DNA of 62,908 nt, the filler included. It is 5 parts of 5 records of this genome, joined end to end, with 100 filler letters (N's around TTAATTAATTAA, not from the genome) between each part and the next. Parts side by side here need not be neighbours in the genome. Positions count along the whole stretch, not along the records: positions 30,453 to 37,334 come from SRR20825010_2502; positions 37,435 to 50,888 come from SRR20825010_2511; 3 more parts are not named here. The stretch is one strand, 5' to 3'. Of the stretch, positions 31,095 through 41,024 are shown in pieces. Under the pieces are notes generated by a model, which was not told the DNA's origin, did no database searches, and saw only the letters and a list, made by a program, of their open reading frames with translations. How positions within the stretch are numbered: position 1 is the stretch's first letter; every line of letters starts with the position of its first letter. Position numbers and translations under genes: made by a program.

Positions 31095-31805
31095 ATGAGA
31101 GACCTTGAACAAAGAACCCGTTTTCGTCAGATGATGCTGGCTGCAGCCGCATTATTGGGGCTTGGCATTCTGGCATTTGCCGTCGCAAGCGCTGGGTCGA
31201 CGTCGGCCCACGCAGATGATCGGGCCGCCTCTATAACTTCTTTACACATCGACCAACTAACCCCCGAGGATCGTGCCGACCTCAACCGCGTAAGCACCTA
31301 TCTTTCAGCGATGACCGATATGCAGGGTAATTTTCTGCAAGTCGGGCCGGATGGCTCACTAGCCGAAGGCAAATTCTACCTTCGCCGTCCCGGGCGCCTG
31401 CGCTTTGAATATAAGCCACCGGAACAGATGCTGGTTGTCGCCGACGGCACTTGGGTCGCGGTAAAAGACGGGTTTTCGGCAGCCCAGCGCTATCCGCTTG
31501 GCGCTACACCACTTGGCCTTTTGCTTCAGGACCATGTTGATCTGGCGAAAGAGGTCAAGGTTCTGGCCGTCGAACGCCAGCCTGGTGCCTTACGGATCAA
31601 GCTTGCCGATAAGTCGGGAAATGCCCCCGGCGATATCACCCTTGTGTTCGATGAACCAACGCTTCAGTTGCGTCAATGGGTCGTAACCGACGCTCAGGGA
31701 CTTCAAACCACAGTAGCCTTGCGCAACATCCAGAGCGGCATTCGAGCCGATAATGCCCTTTTTGTGGTCAAGACAGAACAGCGCCCCGGTATTGGCACCC
31801 GCTGA
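31095..31805 (+). CDS. lolA: Outer-membrane lipoprotein carrier LolA (alphaproteobacterial type)
   Basis: Signal peptide, then GNFLQ...GKFYLRRPGRLRFEY...VADG...YPLGATPL...LRQWVVTDAQG. Follows ftsK. Start uncertain. Confidence 0.88.
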   Translation: MRDLEQRTRFRQMMLAAAALLGLGILAFAVASAGSTSAHADDRAASITSLHIDQLTPEDRADLNRVSTYLSAMTDMQGNFLQVGPDGSLAEGKFYLRRPGRLRFEYKPPEQMLVVADGTWVAVKDGFSAAQRYPLGATPLGLLLQDHVDLAKEVKVLAVERQPGALRIKLADKSGNAPGDITLVFDEPTLQLRQWVVTDAQGLQTTVALRNIQSGIRADNALFVVKTEQRPGIGTR

Positions 31806-31927
31806 TGCCCAATCAGGCAAATTCCTGCCTTACGGATACCTAAACCGCTTAACCGGGCATTTATGCTCATCCTGCAAGTCGCCATGGCTTGACCATGACG
31901 GGGGGGGCCGTGCTACCTCTTAAGGGC

Positions 31928-32743
31928 ATGAGCCACACGTTCAAAAAGCGACCCGTAATAGGCATTCCCTGCGACGTCAAAATGCTGGGACCACACCCCT
32001 TTCACGCGGTCGGTGAAAAATATATTGAAGCCGTTGAAGGCGGAGCCGGGGGAAAACCCGTGTTGCTCCCCTTACCGCGTTTCACTTCCCATGCAGTGCC
32101 CTTCGACAAAGCAACCGAGATCGAGGAAATACTCTCTCTGTGCGACGGCATTTTCCTACCAGGCTCCCACTCCAATGTGCATCCCCGCCATTATGACGGG
32201 CCAGCGCCGCGGGAAGATGTGTTGCTGGACGAGCAACGCGATGATCTGACGCTTGATCTCATCCGCACTTGTGTCGAACGCTCCGTGCCACTGTTTTGTG
32301 TCTGCCGTGGCTTTCAGGAGCTGAATGTCGCTTTTGGCGGCAGTCTGCATCAGCATATTCAGGAAACTCCGGAAGAACCAGGCTTTGAGCCTCGCTTCGA
32401 CCACCGCGAAGACAAAGATGCGCCCCTTGAGGAGCAATACGCCGATGTGCATGAGGTCATGCTGACTTCCGGCGGCCTGATGGAAAAGCTCATCGGCCGC
32501 ACCACCATCAGCGTCAATTCACTCCATGGACAAGGTGTGGCAAGACCCGCAACACGATTTATCGTGGAAGGTCGCGCCAAGGACGGCACTGTAGAAGCCG
32601 CCACCATTCGCGACGCAAAGGGATTTGTCCTCGGCGTCCAATGGCATCCCGAATGGAAATATTGGAATAACCCGGTCTCGCAAATTCTATTCCGGGCCTT
32701 TGGTGACGCGGTCCGCGAGGCCACCGCTGTTTCCGTCTCCTAG
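31928..32743 (+). CDS. puuD: Gamma-glutamyl-gamma-aminobutyrate hydrolase (peptidase C26)
   Basis: HAVGEKY, GSHSNVHP..Y, CRGFQELNVAFGGSL, VNSLHGQG, GVQWHPEW. Confidence 0.9.
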   Translation: MSHTFKKRPVIGIPCDVKMLGPHPFHAVGEKYIEAVEGGAGGKPVLLPLPRFTSHAVPFDKATEIEEILSLCDGIFLPGSHSNVHPRHYDGPAPREDVLLDEQRDDLTLDLIRTCVERSVPLFCVCRGFQELNVAFGGSLHQHIQETPEEPGFEPRFDHREDKDAPLEEQYADVHEVMLTSGGLMEKLIGRTTISVNSLHGQGVARPATRFIVEGRAKDGTVEAATIRDAKGFVLGVQWHPEWKYWNNPVSQILFRAFGDAVREATAVSVS

Positions 32744-32764
32744 ACAACAAAGTGATGGTGCCCC

Positions 32765-34135
32765 ATGACGGGCAACAATGTAGTCAAAAACAAAGACGAT
32801 CTGATCAAATGGCTGAAGGATCGTCGCATTACCGAAGTTGAGGTCATGGTGACCGATATGGCCGGTATTGCCCGCGGAAAGATCCTGCCCACCAAGAAAT
32901 TCATTTCAGGGCTTAGCGAGCGGACATTACGGCTGCCAGAATCCATTTTTGGCCAGACCGTCACCGGCGACTTCATCGACTCCAGCGTATTGCCCGACAC
33001 TGAACCAGACTGCGTACTTGACCCAGATCCAAGCACCGTTCGTGTCGTACCCTGGTATGACGAACCGACAGCGCAAATCATTTGCGACGCCAATTATCGT
33101 GACGGCTCCCCTGTACGTGTCGCACCGCGCAATGTACTTCGCCGCGTGCTCGGCCTGTTTGAAGAGCGCGGCTGGCAGCCCGTGGTCGCACCCGAAGTCG
33201 AGTTCTATCTCGCCGATAAAAACATTGATCCCGACTATCCGCTAGAACCTCCGATCGGCACCAATGGCAGACGCGAGAACGCCCGCCAATCCTATGGCAT
33301 CGACGCGGTCAATGAATTCGATCCAATCTTCGAGGACATGTATGATTTTTGCGAAGCTCAGGATCTAGACATCGATACGCTGATCCATGAATCCGGCGCA
33401 GCGCAGGTCGAAATCAATTTCGACCATGGCGATCCGCTGGAGATTGCCGATCAGGCATTTCTCTTCAAACGCACAATGCGTCAAGCCGCGATGAAGCACG
33501 GCGTCTATGCAACCTTCATGGCAAAGCCATATGAGGGAGAGCCTGGCTCTGCCATGCATATCCACCAATCGCTTATCGATGTGGATACGGGTGAAAATCT
33601 TTTCTCGACCAAACAAGGCCGCGATACAAAGCTCTTTCTGTCCTATATCGCCGGCCTGCAAAAACACCTTCCAGGTGCAATGGCCCTGATCGCGCCAAAC
33701 GTCAATTCATACAGACGTATTGTCCGTGACCTCGCCGCCCCCATCAACACACATTGGGGTCACGAAAACCGAACAGTCGGGCTGCGTGTACCCGAATCCA
33801 AACGCAATGCCCGTCGTATCGAAAACCGTGTGCCCGGCGCAGATGCCAATCCATATCTAGCCATTGCCGCGTCACTGGCATGCGGCTATATCGGTATGGA
33901 AGCAGGTCTTGTCCCGACAAAAGAAATGAAGGGCAATGCCTATGAAAGCAAACGCTATGCGCTGCCCCGTCATTTGCTGGATGCGCTCGACCACTTGCGC
34001 ACGGCTTCCGATCTCAAGGAAGTTCTCGGACAGGATTTCGTGACTGTTTATCTCGATGTCAAACACACAGAACACGAGGCCTATCAGCAGGTCATCTCCG
34101 CTTGGGAGCGCGAGCATTTATTGCTGAACGTCTGA
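32765..34135 (+). CDS. puuA: Glutamine-synthetase-like gamma-glutamyl-polyamine synthetase
   Basis: DMAGIARGK, APEVEFYL, HESGAAQVEINF, ATFMAKP, GSAMHIHQS, NSYRR, IENRVPGADANPYL. Lies between puuD and a class III aminotransferase. Confidence 0.8.
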   Translation: MTGNNVVKNKDDLIKWLKDRRITEVEVMVTDMAGIARGKILPTKKFISGLSERTLRLPESIFGQTVTGDFIDSSVLPDTEPDCVLDPDPSTVRVVPWYDEPTAQIICDANYRDGSPVRVAPRNVLRRVLGLFEERGWQPVVAPEVEFYLADKNIDPDYPLEPPIGTNGRRENARQSYGIDAVNEFDPIFEDMYDFCEAQDLDIDTLIHESGAAQVEINFDHGDPLEIADQAFLFKRTMRQAAMKHGVYATFMAKPYEGEPGSAMHIHQSLIDVDTGENLFSTKQGRDTKLFLSYIAGLQKHLPGAMALIAPNVNSYRRIVRDLAAPINTHWGHENRTVGLRVPESKRNARRIENRVPGADANPYLAIAASLACGYIGMEAGLVPTKEMKGNAYESKRYALPRHLLDALDHLRTASDLKEVLGQDFVTVYLDVKHTEHEAYQQVISAWEREHLLLNV

Positions 34136-34165
34136 CGACCTCTAAAAGAATTCGAGCTAAAGAGG

Positions 34166-35080
34166 CTATGCTTTTTGCGTGGCCTCTTTTGCTTTGGCCT
34201 GCATCACACGTGTCGTCTCGCCTGTGCCATCTGCTCGCCAACCGGGAGGACCGAACATAATCCCTAGAAATTCATAGGCCGAGTGAGCCGAAGCAAGATC
34301 ACGCGCGAGTGCCACCCATTCATGGAACATGGCCGTCAAAGGATTATGGCTTTCGAGTTGATGACGAATACCAAATACCGGCTTTTCAATCTCAGGTTCG
34401 AAAGTGCCAAACATCCGATCCCAAACAATAAAAGTGCCAGCATAGTTGCGATCACAATATTGAAGGTTCGATCCATGGTGCACGCGATGATGGGAAGGGG
34501 TGTTCATCATCCACTCTATCGGCCCAAGCTTTCCGATATGCTGGGTATGTAACCAGTATTGATAGAGGTGATTAAGCGACATCAGGGCAACCGCCATGAT
34601 TGGATCGATGCCAAGTAGAACAACCGGCACCAACATCAATGGCTCAAGCCACGTCTCGACGAAGGATGAGCGTAAAGCTGTGCCAACGTTGAAATACTGG
34701 CTTGAATGATGGCCGACATGCGCCGCCCAGCCAAACCTCACTTCATGGATGGCTCGGTGATACCAGTAGAACGCAAAGTCGATGATCACATAGGCGCCAA
34801 GAATGAGTGCAATGCTGGAACTCCAATCGGTTTCAAAAAATGCAAACTGATGAACCCAGTAAAGCGAAACCAAAATTGTCCCAGCTGACAAGGCAATCGT
34901 TGCCGCATAGGTCAGTGCCAAAACGACAGAGCACAGTGAATCTGTTGCCGCATAGTATTTTTTCCGCAAGAACCAGGTCAGACCAATGTCCACACCGATC
35001 AGGGACAGAAGCAACCAGATCTGGTCCACATCGCGAATGGCCAGCAAGCTCTGCAAAAATCCATAGACGGTTTCGTACAT
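34166..35080 (-). CDS. Fatty acid hydroxylase/sterol desaturase family protein, alkylglycerol-monooxygenase-like
   Basis: His boxes YWYHRAIHE, WAAHVGHHSS, WLHT, NTPSHHRVHHG, then NYAG...WDRMFGTF. Confidence 0.88.
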   Translation of the reverse strand: MYETVYGFLQSLLAIRDVDQIWLLLSLIGVDIGLTWFLRKKYYAATDSLCSVVLALTYAATIALSAGTILVSLYWVHQFAFFETDWSSSIALILGAYVIIDFAFYWYHRAIHEVRFGWAAHVGHHSSQYFNVGTALRSSFVETWLEPLMLVPVVLLGIDPIMAVALMSLNHLYQYWLHTQHIGKLGPIEWMMNTPSHHRVHHGSNLQYCDRNYAGTFIVWDRMFGTFEPEIEKPVFGIRHQLESHNPLTAMFHEWVALARDLASAHSAYEFLGIMFGPPGWRADGTGETTRVMQAKAKEATQKA

Positions 35081-35099
35081 GCAGCCCCCCCTAAAAGAA

Positions 35100-35148
35100 T
35101 AAAAAACAAATGTTATGTAAATATTTAATACAAAACATTTGTTGTGTA
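35100..35148. promoter_or_regulatory. Tandem palindromic operator-like boxes between the desaturase-like and TetR genes
   Basis: AACAAATGTTATGTA (35105-35119) and TACAAAACATTTGTT (35129-35143) are inverted with one mismatch. Each has an AACA-N2-TGTT core. Confidence 0.6.
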
Positions 35149-35176
35149 AAGACAGAATGATGTGTAATCTACCATC

Positions 35177-35767
35177 ATGCCTAAGCTGATAGACCACAAC
35201 ACCCGTCGCCGCGAACTCGTTGAAGCCAGTTGGCGTGTAATAGCCGATGAAGGGTTGGACGGGCTCACCATGCGAAAAATTGCGGCGGCGGCCGATTGCA
35301 CAACCGGTCGACTAACGCATTATTTTGCAAATCGCGAAGAGCTAGTGCTTGCCGCCTTGCGTGCGGTCTATGAAGCGGCAGGAGCCCGCATGGCGTCAGC
35401 CCTCGAGATGCACCGCAACGCTCGCGATCAATTGCAGCTCATGCTAGAAGAGTGCCTGCCTCTGGATGCAGAACGACTTCAAGAGTGGAAGGTGTGGATA
35501 GCCTTCTGGAGCGCAGCAGCGAGCGACAAACGATTGGCCTCTGAGAATGACTTGCGGCATGACCGTTGGCGAAAAGCGATGATCCCACTCATAAAATCCG
35601 TATCGCAAGCGACAGACCCGGTCTTTGAAGCAGATTGCCTTATAGGCCTTGTAAACGGCCTTGGTCTGCAAGCAGCCATTGCACCCGGTAAAGCCAACCG
35701 CAATCGAGCAAAAACCATTTTATCGCGTCATCTCGATGCGCTTGCAGCTCAGAAAACCCTTCGCTAG
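35177..35767 (+). CDS. TetR-family regulator (BetI-type C-terminus)
   Basis: MPKLIDHNTRRRELVEA...GLTMRKIA...LTHYF HTH, VWIAFW. Confidence 0.9.
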   Translation: MPKLIDHNTRRRELVEASWRVIADEGLDGLTMRKIAAAADCTTGRLTHYFANREELVLAALRAVYEAAGARMASALEMHRNARDQLQLMLEECLPLDAERLQEWKVWIAFWSAAASDKRLASENDLRHDRWRKAMIPLIKSVSQATDPVFEADCLIGLVNGLGLQAAIAPGKANRNRAKTILSRHLDALAAQKTLR

Positions 35768-35962
35768 GGACTGGTTTCCATCCGGTACATTCGATAGCAT
35801 CAACTCATGTTGCACAACTGGTCACAAATCACACGACCTGAGAAGCGAGAGCTTCTCATTCTATGCGCGCGTATCGGCTACAATCCCTAGCCGCTCCAAA
35901 CTGCATGCCTTCAAGCAGCAGAGAATTCCGCAATTTGATTTTCCGGAAAATGGAGACGACCT

Positions 35963-37334
35963 ATGTCCGATACACAAACAACCAACACAATTGCAAAGTC
36001 CAACCAGACCAAGCGCTGGCAGGAAATGGATGCTGCCCATCATCTGCATCCTTTCACAAAACACAAGGAACTGGCTGCTGATGGCGCCCGCGTCATCACC
36101 AAAGCCAAAGGCGTCTATATCTACGACAGCGAAGGCAATCGTCTGATCGACGGAATGGCGGGCCTTTGGTGCGTGCAAGTAGGCTATGGCCGTGAAGAAC
36201 TGGCTGAAGCTGGCTACAAGGCTTTGAAGGAGCTTCCCTACTACAATGCCTTCTTCCAAACAACCCATCCCTATGCTGCCGAGTTGTCACAAAAACTTTC
36301 AGAAGTGACGCCCAAAGGTATCGAACGGTTCTTCTTTGCCAATTCGGGTTCGGAGGGAAATGACAGCGCGGTCAAAATGATCCGCTACTACTGGAACCTA
36401 AAAAAGCAGCCGAAAAAGAAAGTCATCATTGCTCGCGATAAGGCCTATCACGGCGTAACAATGGCGGCAGCGTCCCTCTCAGGCCTCACCTCCATGCACC
36501 CACAGGCCGATTTGCCCCTGCCCGGATTTGTGCATATCGCCTGCCCCTACTGGTACGGCCTCGGCGGCGATATGAACCTTGAGGAGTTCGGACTGAAGAC
36601 CGCCCGTGCGCTAGAGGAAAAAATCCTCGAGCTCGGTGCCGAAAACGTCGCAGCCTTTGTTGCAGAGCCCTTGCAAGGCGCAGGCGGCTTGATCATTCCG
36701 CCAGCCAATTACTGGGGTGAGATCAACCGTATTTGCCAGCAATACGATATTCTCCTGCATGTCGACGAAGTGATTTGTGGCTTTGGACGCACCGGCAAAT
36801 GGTTCGGATCAGATACATTCGGCATCGAACCAGACATGATCAATATGGCTAAAGGCCTGTCTTCCGGTTATCAGCCAATCGCTGCCGTCGGTGTCGGCAA
36901 CAAGATTGGCGAGGTCCTTTTTAATTCCGATGAGGAATGGTCCCACGGCTTCACCTATTCCGGCCATCCTGTAGCCGCGGCTGTGGCACTTGCAAATCTA
37001 GAGGTCATGGAAAAGGAGCGCCTCGTCGAAAAAGTCGGTGGCAGCACAGGTGCCTATTTCCAGAAAAAACTAGCAGAATTGGCAGAACACCCTTTGGTGG
37101 GCGAGACGAGAGGTGTCGGCCTTCTTGGGGCAATCGAACTTGTGAAAAACAAGAAAACCCGCGAACGCTTCGATGAAAGCCTCAATGTTGGCTATCGCTG
37201 CCGAGTCCATTGTTTTGCCAATGGACTGGTCATGCGAGCAATCGGCGACACAATGGTTTTAAGCCCGCCGCTAGTCATTTCGGAGGGCGAAATGGACGAA
37301 CTCTTCGGCCTGGCTCGCACCTGTATTGATCTCG
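35963..37334 (+). CDS. spuC: Class III aminotransferase (putrescine/polyamine:pyruvate, SpuC-like), last codons lost at contig end
   Basis: [60 protein letters not shown]. Confidence 0.82.
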
Positions 37335-37434
37335 NNNNNNNNNNNNNNNNNNNNNNNNNNNNNNNNNNNNNNNNNNNNTTAATTAATTAANNNNNNNNNN
37401 NNNNNNNNNNNNNNNNNNNNNNNNNNNNNNNNNN
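37335..37434. other. Artificial contig linker
   Basis: N-TTAATTAATTAA-N spacer. Confidence 0.99.
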
Positions 37435-37485
37435 TCGGTCGCGCCATCCCTGGCGCTCCACGGTCCTGAACAGTGCCTCCCGCCC
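37435..37485. repeat. Probable truncated intergenic palindromic repeat (GCCAGGGATGGC core) at the contig edge
   Basis: Reverse complement TTCAGGACCGTGGAGCGCCAGGGATGGCGCGACCGA contains hairpin GCGCCA-GGGA-TGGCGC. It resembles elements I recall from Marinobacter intergenic DNA. Single copy in this window. Confidence 0.45.
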
Positions 37486-37526
37486 GGCTTCGTAAATATC
37501 TCAGATATCGCCGGGGCTCAAGGCGA

Positions 37527-37892
37527 TCAGCCTTGTTTCAATTTATCGGTATACGGCGGCCAACCGAGGGGCTTGCCGGCTAGCAGGTGCAGGTGGATGT
37601 GGAATACCGTCTGGCCTGAATTTTCGCCGCAGTTCATGACGACCCGATAGCCATCGTCGGCGAAGCCCATCTCCTTCGCCAGCTTGGCGGCAACCCAGTA
37701 CAAGTGGCCCACCAACTCCCGGTCTCCTTCCTCAATATCGTTGATTGTTGCGATTTCCTTTTTCGGGATAATCAGCAGGTGCACCGGTGCCTGTGGGTTA
37801 ATGTCCTTGAACGCCAGGCTGATGTCGTCTTCGTAAACGATGTCCGCCGGGATTTCCCGGTTCATGATCTTGGTGAAAATGGTTTCCGCCAT
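37527..37892 (-). CDS. hinT: Histidine triad nucleotide-binding protein
   Basis: TIFTKI, FKDINPQAPVH, GQTVFHIHLHLL. Confidence 0.93.
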   Translation of the reverse strand: MAETIFTKIMNREIPADIVYEDDISLAFKDINPQAPVHLLIIPKKEIATINDIEEGDRELVGHLYWVAAKLAKEMGFADDGYRVVMNCGENSGQTVFHIHLHLLAGKPLGWPPYTDKLKQG

Positions 37893-37931
37893 GATGATTC
37901 CCTGTTGATGAGTTGAGGCTTGTGAAACGCT

Positions 37932-39218
37932 TTACAGTTGCTTTATCCCCGGCAGCCGCTCCGCCAGTTGGCGAATCAGCGGGGGCAGTTCGTCGTCGAT
38001 GCCCATAGCGTATTTGGCCACCCGGTTTCTGGCAAATGGCATTGCTTTCGTGGCGCCCAGGCCCAGATTGCGCAACAAGTGCAGAGGCGGCGTGCGGTTG
38101 CTGAACAGGTGGTAGAACACGTCCATCGCCATCATCATACGGCGGTTGGCCGGGCGGCGTTGTCGCTCGTATTTGGTCAGCCACGCCGGATCGGCCAGGT
38201 CGCAGCCTGCGCGTTTGGCCTCGCGGATGACGGTCTGCAGGCAGAGGGCGTCCTGGAAGCCCAGGTTGACGCCCTGGCCAGCCAGCGGGTTGATCGTGTG
38301 GGCGGCGTCACCTGCCAGCACGACACGATGGTTCACATAGGTTTTGGCGTGCTGGCGGGCAATCGGGAAGCTGGCTTTGGCTTCAATGTGCGTCAGCAGA
38401 GGTAATTCCGGTGGGAAGGCGTTCTGTATTTCCGCCATCAATGCACGGTCGTCCAGTGATTTCAGGCGCGCTAGTTGCTCCGGCGAGTCATACCACACCA
38501 GAGAGGCCCAGCTTTCGCCATTGCCCGCGGAATGCAGCGGCAGGAAAGCCCGTGGGCCGGACGGGTAGAAGCCCTGCCAGGTGATGTCCTCAACCGCGCC
38601 CTGGTAGCGAACCGAAATGACCATTGCCTGTTGCTGGTACTGGTCCCGGGTTACGCCGATGCCCGCCAGTTCCCGGACGCCGGAGGCCGCGCCATCGGCG
38701 CCCACCACCAATTGGCACTCGAGTTCGGTGCCGTCCTCCAGGGTCACGGCAGCGTGGTTGTTGCCGTTTTCGAGGTGACTGACGGCGTTGTCGGGAAACA
38801 GGGAAACCGAGTGCAGAGCCGCGGCGCTGTTCCACAACGCCTGCTGGGTAATGCGATTCTCCACGATATGCCCCAGGTGTCGGGCGGACAGGTTGCTGGC
38901 GTCAAACACCACATCGGCGACCTTGCGGGGCAGCAGGTTGCTGAGTGGGTGGCGGGTTTCGTCCCAGACTGCCAGGCGGGCGTAGGGTGTGGCACGCATG
39001 GCGAGCATACTGGGCCAGACGTCAAGATCGTTGAGGTAGCGCTCACTGCCGGCGCTCAGGGCTGACACGCGGATGTCTGGAGGCAGCGAGGGATCGAATT
39101 CGGGGGCGGAGCCACGGTCAACCAGGGCCACGCGGAAGCCACTGCGGCCAAGTCCGGTCGCGAGGGCAGCACCGACCATGCCGGCACCGACAATCACAAT
39201 ATCAAAGGCTTGAGTCAT
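37932..39218 (-). CDS. ubiF: FAD-dependent ubiquinone biosynthesis hydroxylase, UbiF-like
   Basis: GAGMVG, DIRVSAL, TWQGFYPSGPRAFLPL, ASLVWYDSP, GDAAHTINPLAGQGVNLG. Confidence 0.82.
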   Translation of the reverse strand: MTQAFDIVIVGAGMVGAALATGLGRSGFRVALVDRGSAPEFDPSLPPDIRVSALSAGSERYLNDLDVWPSMLAMRATPYARLAVWDETRHPLSNLLPRKVADVVFDASNLSARHLGHIVENRITQQALWNSAAALHSVSLFPDNAVSHLENGNNHAAVTLEDGTELECQLVVGADGAASGVRELAGIGVTRDQYQQQAMVISVRYQGAVEDITWQGFYPSGPRAFLPLHSAGNGESWASLVWYDSPEQLARLKSLDDRALMAEIQNAFPPELPLLTHIEAKASFPIARQHAKTYVNHRVVLAGDAAHTINPLAGQGVNLGFQDALCLQTVIREAKRAGCDLADPAWLTKYERQRRPANRRMMMAMDVFYHLFSNRTPPLHLLRNLGLGATKAMPFARNRVAKYAMGIDDELPPLIRQLAERLPGIKQL

Positions 39219-39304
39219 AAGGGGTTCCTGTCTGGTACGCCCAGTTTACGCGATGGACGCATCCAGACAAGCCGTCCGGATCAAGCCTGGGCCGGTTTTT
39301 GGTA

Positions 39305-39862
39305 TCAGTAACCGGCCAGGTTGGCGGTGGGGCTGCCGGTCAGGGACTCAGCCCTGCGGGCGCGGCCCTTGAGCCAGGCTGGCTTTTGCGCGCCTGGTTT
39401 TACAAATCCCTGCTCCAGCACCATCGGATGCACCAGTTCCAGGAAATCTGACGTTTTCATGTGGATGGATTCGGTGTGGCTGCCAGCGGCAAAGGCGAGT
39501 TCCGGTTGCCGGGTCAGAGCCTCTGCGCAATACACGGACATATCAAACAGGTTGCCGAATGGCGGCATGGCGCCCACTTCGCACTCGGGGAAGCGGTCCT
39601 GAAATTCCTGTTCGTCCGCAAGATCGACAAAATCGGTATCCAGGATGTGGGTCAGTCGGTCCCAACGGATACGCCAGGTAGCGGGCATGACCAGCATGGC
39701 CATTTTGCCATCCAGTTCAATAATGACGGTTTTCACCACCCGGTCGCCGGCGATTTTGACGTGATGGGCGAGTTGCTGGGCGGTAAACGCAGGGGGGTGA
39801 GACAGGCACATGTATTCCACGCCTGCCTGATCAAGGTATTCCTTCAACTGCTGTACCGGCAT
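39305..39862 (-). CDS. YbaK/ProX-type aminoacyl-tRNA deacylase
   Basis: HPPAFTA, VVKTVI, CEVGAMPPFG, AGSH. AGGAGG RBS. Confidence 0.85.
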   Translation of the reverse strand: MPVQQLKEYLDQAGVEYMCLSHPPAFTAQQLAHHVKIAGDRVVKTVIIELDGKMAMLVMPATWRIRWDRLTHILDTDFVDLADEQEFQDRFPECEVGAMPPFGNLFDMSVYCAEALTRQPELAFAAGSHTESIHMKTSDFLELVHPMVLEQGFVKPGAQKPAWLKGRARRAESLTGSPTANLAGY

Positions 39863-40031
39863 AGTGACAACCTCCTACCAGCAATGACAGCGGTACTGGA
39901 ACCGGTGATATTCCTGAACCGGTTCCGGTGACTGGCGGTGACGCCGCTAATGCGACTGCACCGCCATTACTGGTCAGCTTAGTTGAGGCTGTACAGAATG
40001 CGAGTAACAGTGTGTGTTAATGAGATACCAA

Positions 40032-40865
40032 TCACTCGGATTTGTAGACATGCACATCCCGCTGTGGGAACGGAATGGTAATGCCCTCGGCGTCGAACGC
40101 CTTCTTCACTTTCTCGTGCATGTCCCAGTAGTACGGCCAGAGGTCATCGGTGGCGACCCAGGCCCGGAACATCAGGTTAACGGAGTTGTCGCCAAGACTG
40201 CCCACGCAGATACGGGGTTCCGGATCCTTCAGTGAACGTTCGTCCTCGTCGAACAGGCGCTTCAGAATGGCCTTGGCCTTGTCGATGTCGTCGTCGTAGT
40301 GAATACCGAAAGTCATGTCACAGCGGCGCTTGTCGTAGATGCTGACGTTCACCAGGGTGGCGTTGGACAGGCTGCCGTTGGGAATGACGATGCGGCGGTT
40401 ATCGAAGGTATTTACCACCGTGTAAAGAATCTGAATCTCCGCGACGGCACCCAGGTAGCCCTGAGCTTCGATGGTGTCACCGACTTTGAATGGCTTGAAG
40501 ATCAGAATCAGTACGCCGCCGGCAAAGTTGGCCAGGCTACCCTGCAGCGCAAGGCCGATGGCAAGGCCAGCAGCACCAATAACAGCGATAAAGGACGTCG
40601 TAGCGATGCCGATCATCGACGCGACGGAGATCAGCAGCATCACCTTGAGGATGGCGCTTATCAGCCCACACAGAAATTTGTTGAGTGTCGGGTCTTTTGC
40701 GCCCAGCTTTTTATCGAGAACCCCGATGCAACGATTGATCAGCCAGAGGCCGAGTACCAGCGTGATGATGGCCAGGACGACCTTTGGGGCGTAGGTCATG
40801 ATCAACGAGAGTGCCTGGTCCCATAGCTCCGAGGCATTAATGTCGGTTCCCAGAAGATCTTCCAT
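40032..40865 (-). CDS. mscS: Small-conductance mechanosensitive channel
   Basis: GAAGLAIGLALQGSLANFAGGVLILIFKPFKVGD, IPNG, IPFPQRDVH. Confidence 0.93.
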   Translation of the reverse strand: MEDLLGTDINASELWDQALSLIMTYAPKVVLAIITLVLGLWLINRCIGVLDKKLGAKDPTLNKFLCGLISAILKVMLLISVASMIGIATTSFIAVIGAAGLAIGLALQGSLANFAGGVLILIFKPFKVGDTIEAQGYLGAVAEIQILYTVVNTFDNRRIVIPNGSLSNATLVNVSIYDKRRCDMTFGIHYDDDIDKAKAILKRLFDEDERSLKDPEPRICVGSLGDNSVNLMFRAWVATDDLWPYYWDMHEKVKKAFDAEGITIPFPQRDVHVYKSE

Positions 40866-41024
40866 TCAGTGACTCCTTGTTCGGTAGTAGTGGCTTATTA
40901 CTTTAAATATGACAGGGACAACGGCTGTTCAATTGATATTTGCCTGCGTTTTGTTATAGCAGAGGTTTGTGGCAAACGTACAACATGCGCGTCCAGTTTG
41001 GGTGGGAGCGTTGTACGTTGTAAA

